Source: Octopus sinensis (taxonomy: Eukaryota). From it: a DNA stretch of 8,021 nucleotides. How positions within the stretch are numbered: position 1 is the first letter of the stretch; the number at the start of each line of letters is the position of its first letter. Below are positions 7,713 through 8,021 of this stretch, piece by piece. A program made the translations under genes and the position numbers. The notes under the pieces were generated by a model that saw only the letters and a program-made list of their open reading frames with translations, was not told the DNA's origin and ran no database searches. The stretch is from the NCBI RefSeq assembly GCF_006345805.1, contig NW_021828599.1:1-8021 (forward strand). Reading direction: 5' to 3'.

Positions 7713-7746
7713 CAGTTCAAAAGCTGTGGCCATGCTGGGGCACCGC
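7713..7746 (-). mobile_element. Short 3' fragment of an octopus-type SINE
   Basis: The minus strand reads GCGGTGCCCCAGCATGGCCACAGC, which I recall as the 3' motif of an abundant octopus SINE. It is short and unverified. Confidence 0.45.
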
Positions 7747-7860
7747 AGTTTTGCTACACTGTTATTGTTGAGAGCATCCTCTAATATGTGGCATTTGGTG
7801 AATAAGAAAGTTTGCTTTCGCAACTCCCATTTGCATCTCTTGCTGCGAGGGTTAGGGTTA

Positions 7861-8008
7861 GTTTTTTAAAATAATTTCCACGTAACAAAAAAATTTTTAA
7901 CTTCGTATACTGGTAGAATGTGTTTATAAAACATCTTTTTCTCTTGGCTTTATTGAGAAAATTCTATAGTTTGTAAGATATTTGGGATCTTTTCGCTTTG
8001 AATGGCAG
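7861..8008 (+). mobile_element. Rearranged second fragment of the 661-1070 MITE family
   Basis: 7861-7984 matches 684-806 (ATAATTTCCACGTAAC...CTTCGTATACTGGTAGAATGTGTTTATAAAA...GTAAGATATTTG). It is followed directly by GGATCTTTTCGCTTTGAATGGCAG (7985-8008), a 22/24 match to the TIR start. Confidence 0.88.
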
Positions 8009-8021
8009 ATGCCAACACAAT

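Overview
Gene-free, repeat-dense, AT-rich eukaryotic DNA, most likely intronic or intergenic sequence of an octopus. That assignment rests on my recollection of octopus SINE families, not on a search. About 20% of the window is (TA)n microsatellite, which produces nearly all the 'YIYI' ORFs in the track. Most of the rest is transposon debris. From left to right: (1) a ~184-bp tandem array of 5'-truncated SINE bodies at 1-524; (2) a complete 410-bp MITE with perfect 29-bp TIRs and an 8-bp TSD at 661-1070; (3) a decayed tRNA-Glu copy followed by a tRNA-derived CORE-like SINE; (4) a truncated mariner mini-element; (5) a hairpin-rich unclassified 400-bp element sitting between two TA arrays; (6) two copies of a ~180-bp TA-anchored repeat; (7) two foldback structures; (8) a degenerate L1/Tx1-type ORF1 with a CCHC zinc knuckle that runs into a 3'-UTR-like end with no ORF2; (9) a full-length but dead 1256-bp Tc1 element whose catalytic spacing is DD36E; (10) a rearranged second fragment of the first MITE family. 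I see no intact host gene and no convincing new multi-gene system. The best leads are the DD36E Tc1, the ORF1-only (HAL1-like) retroelement, the structured 400-bp element and the 8-bp-TSD MITE.
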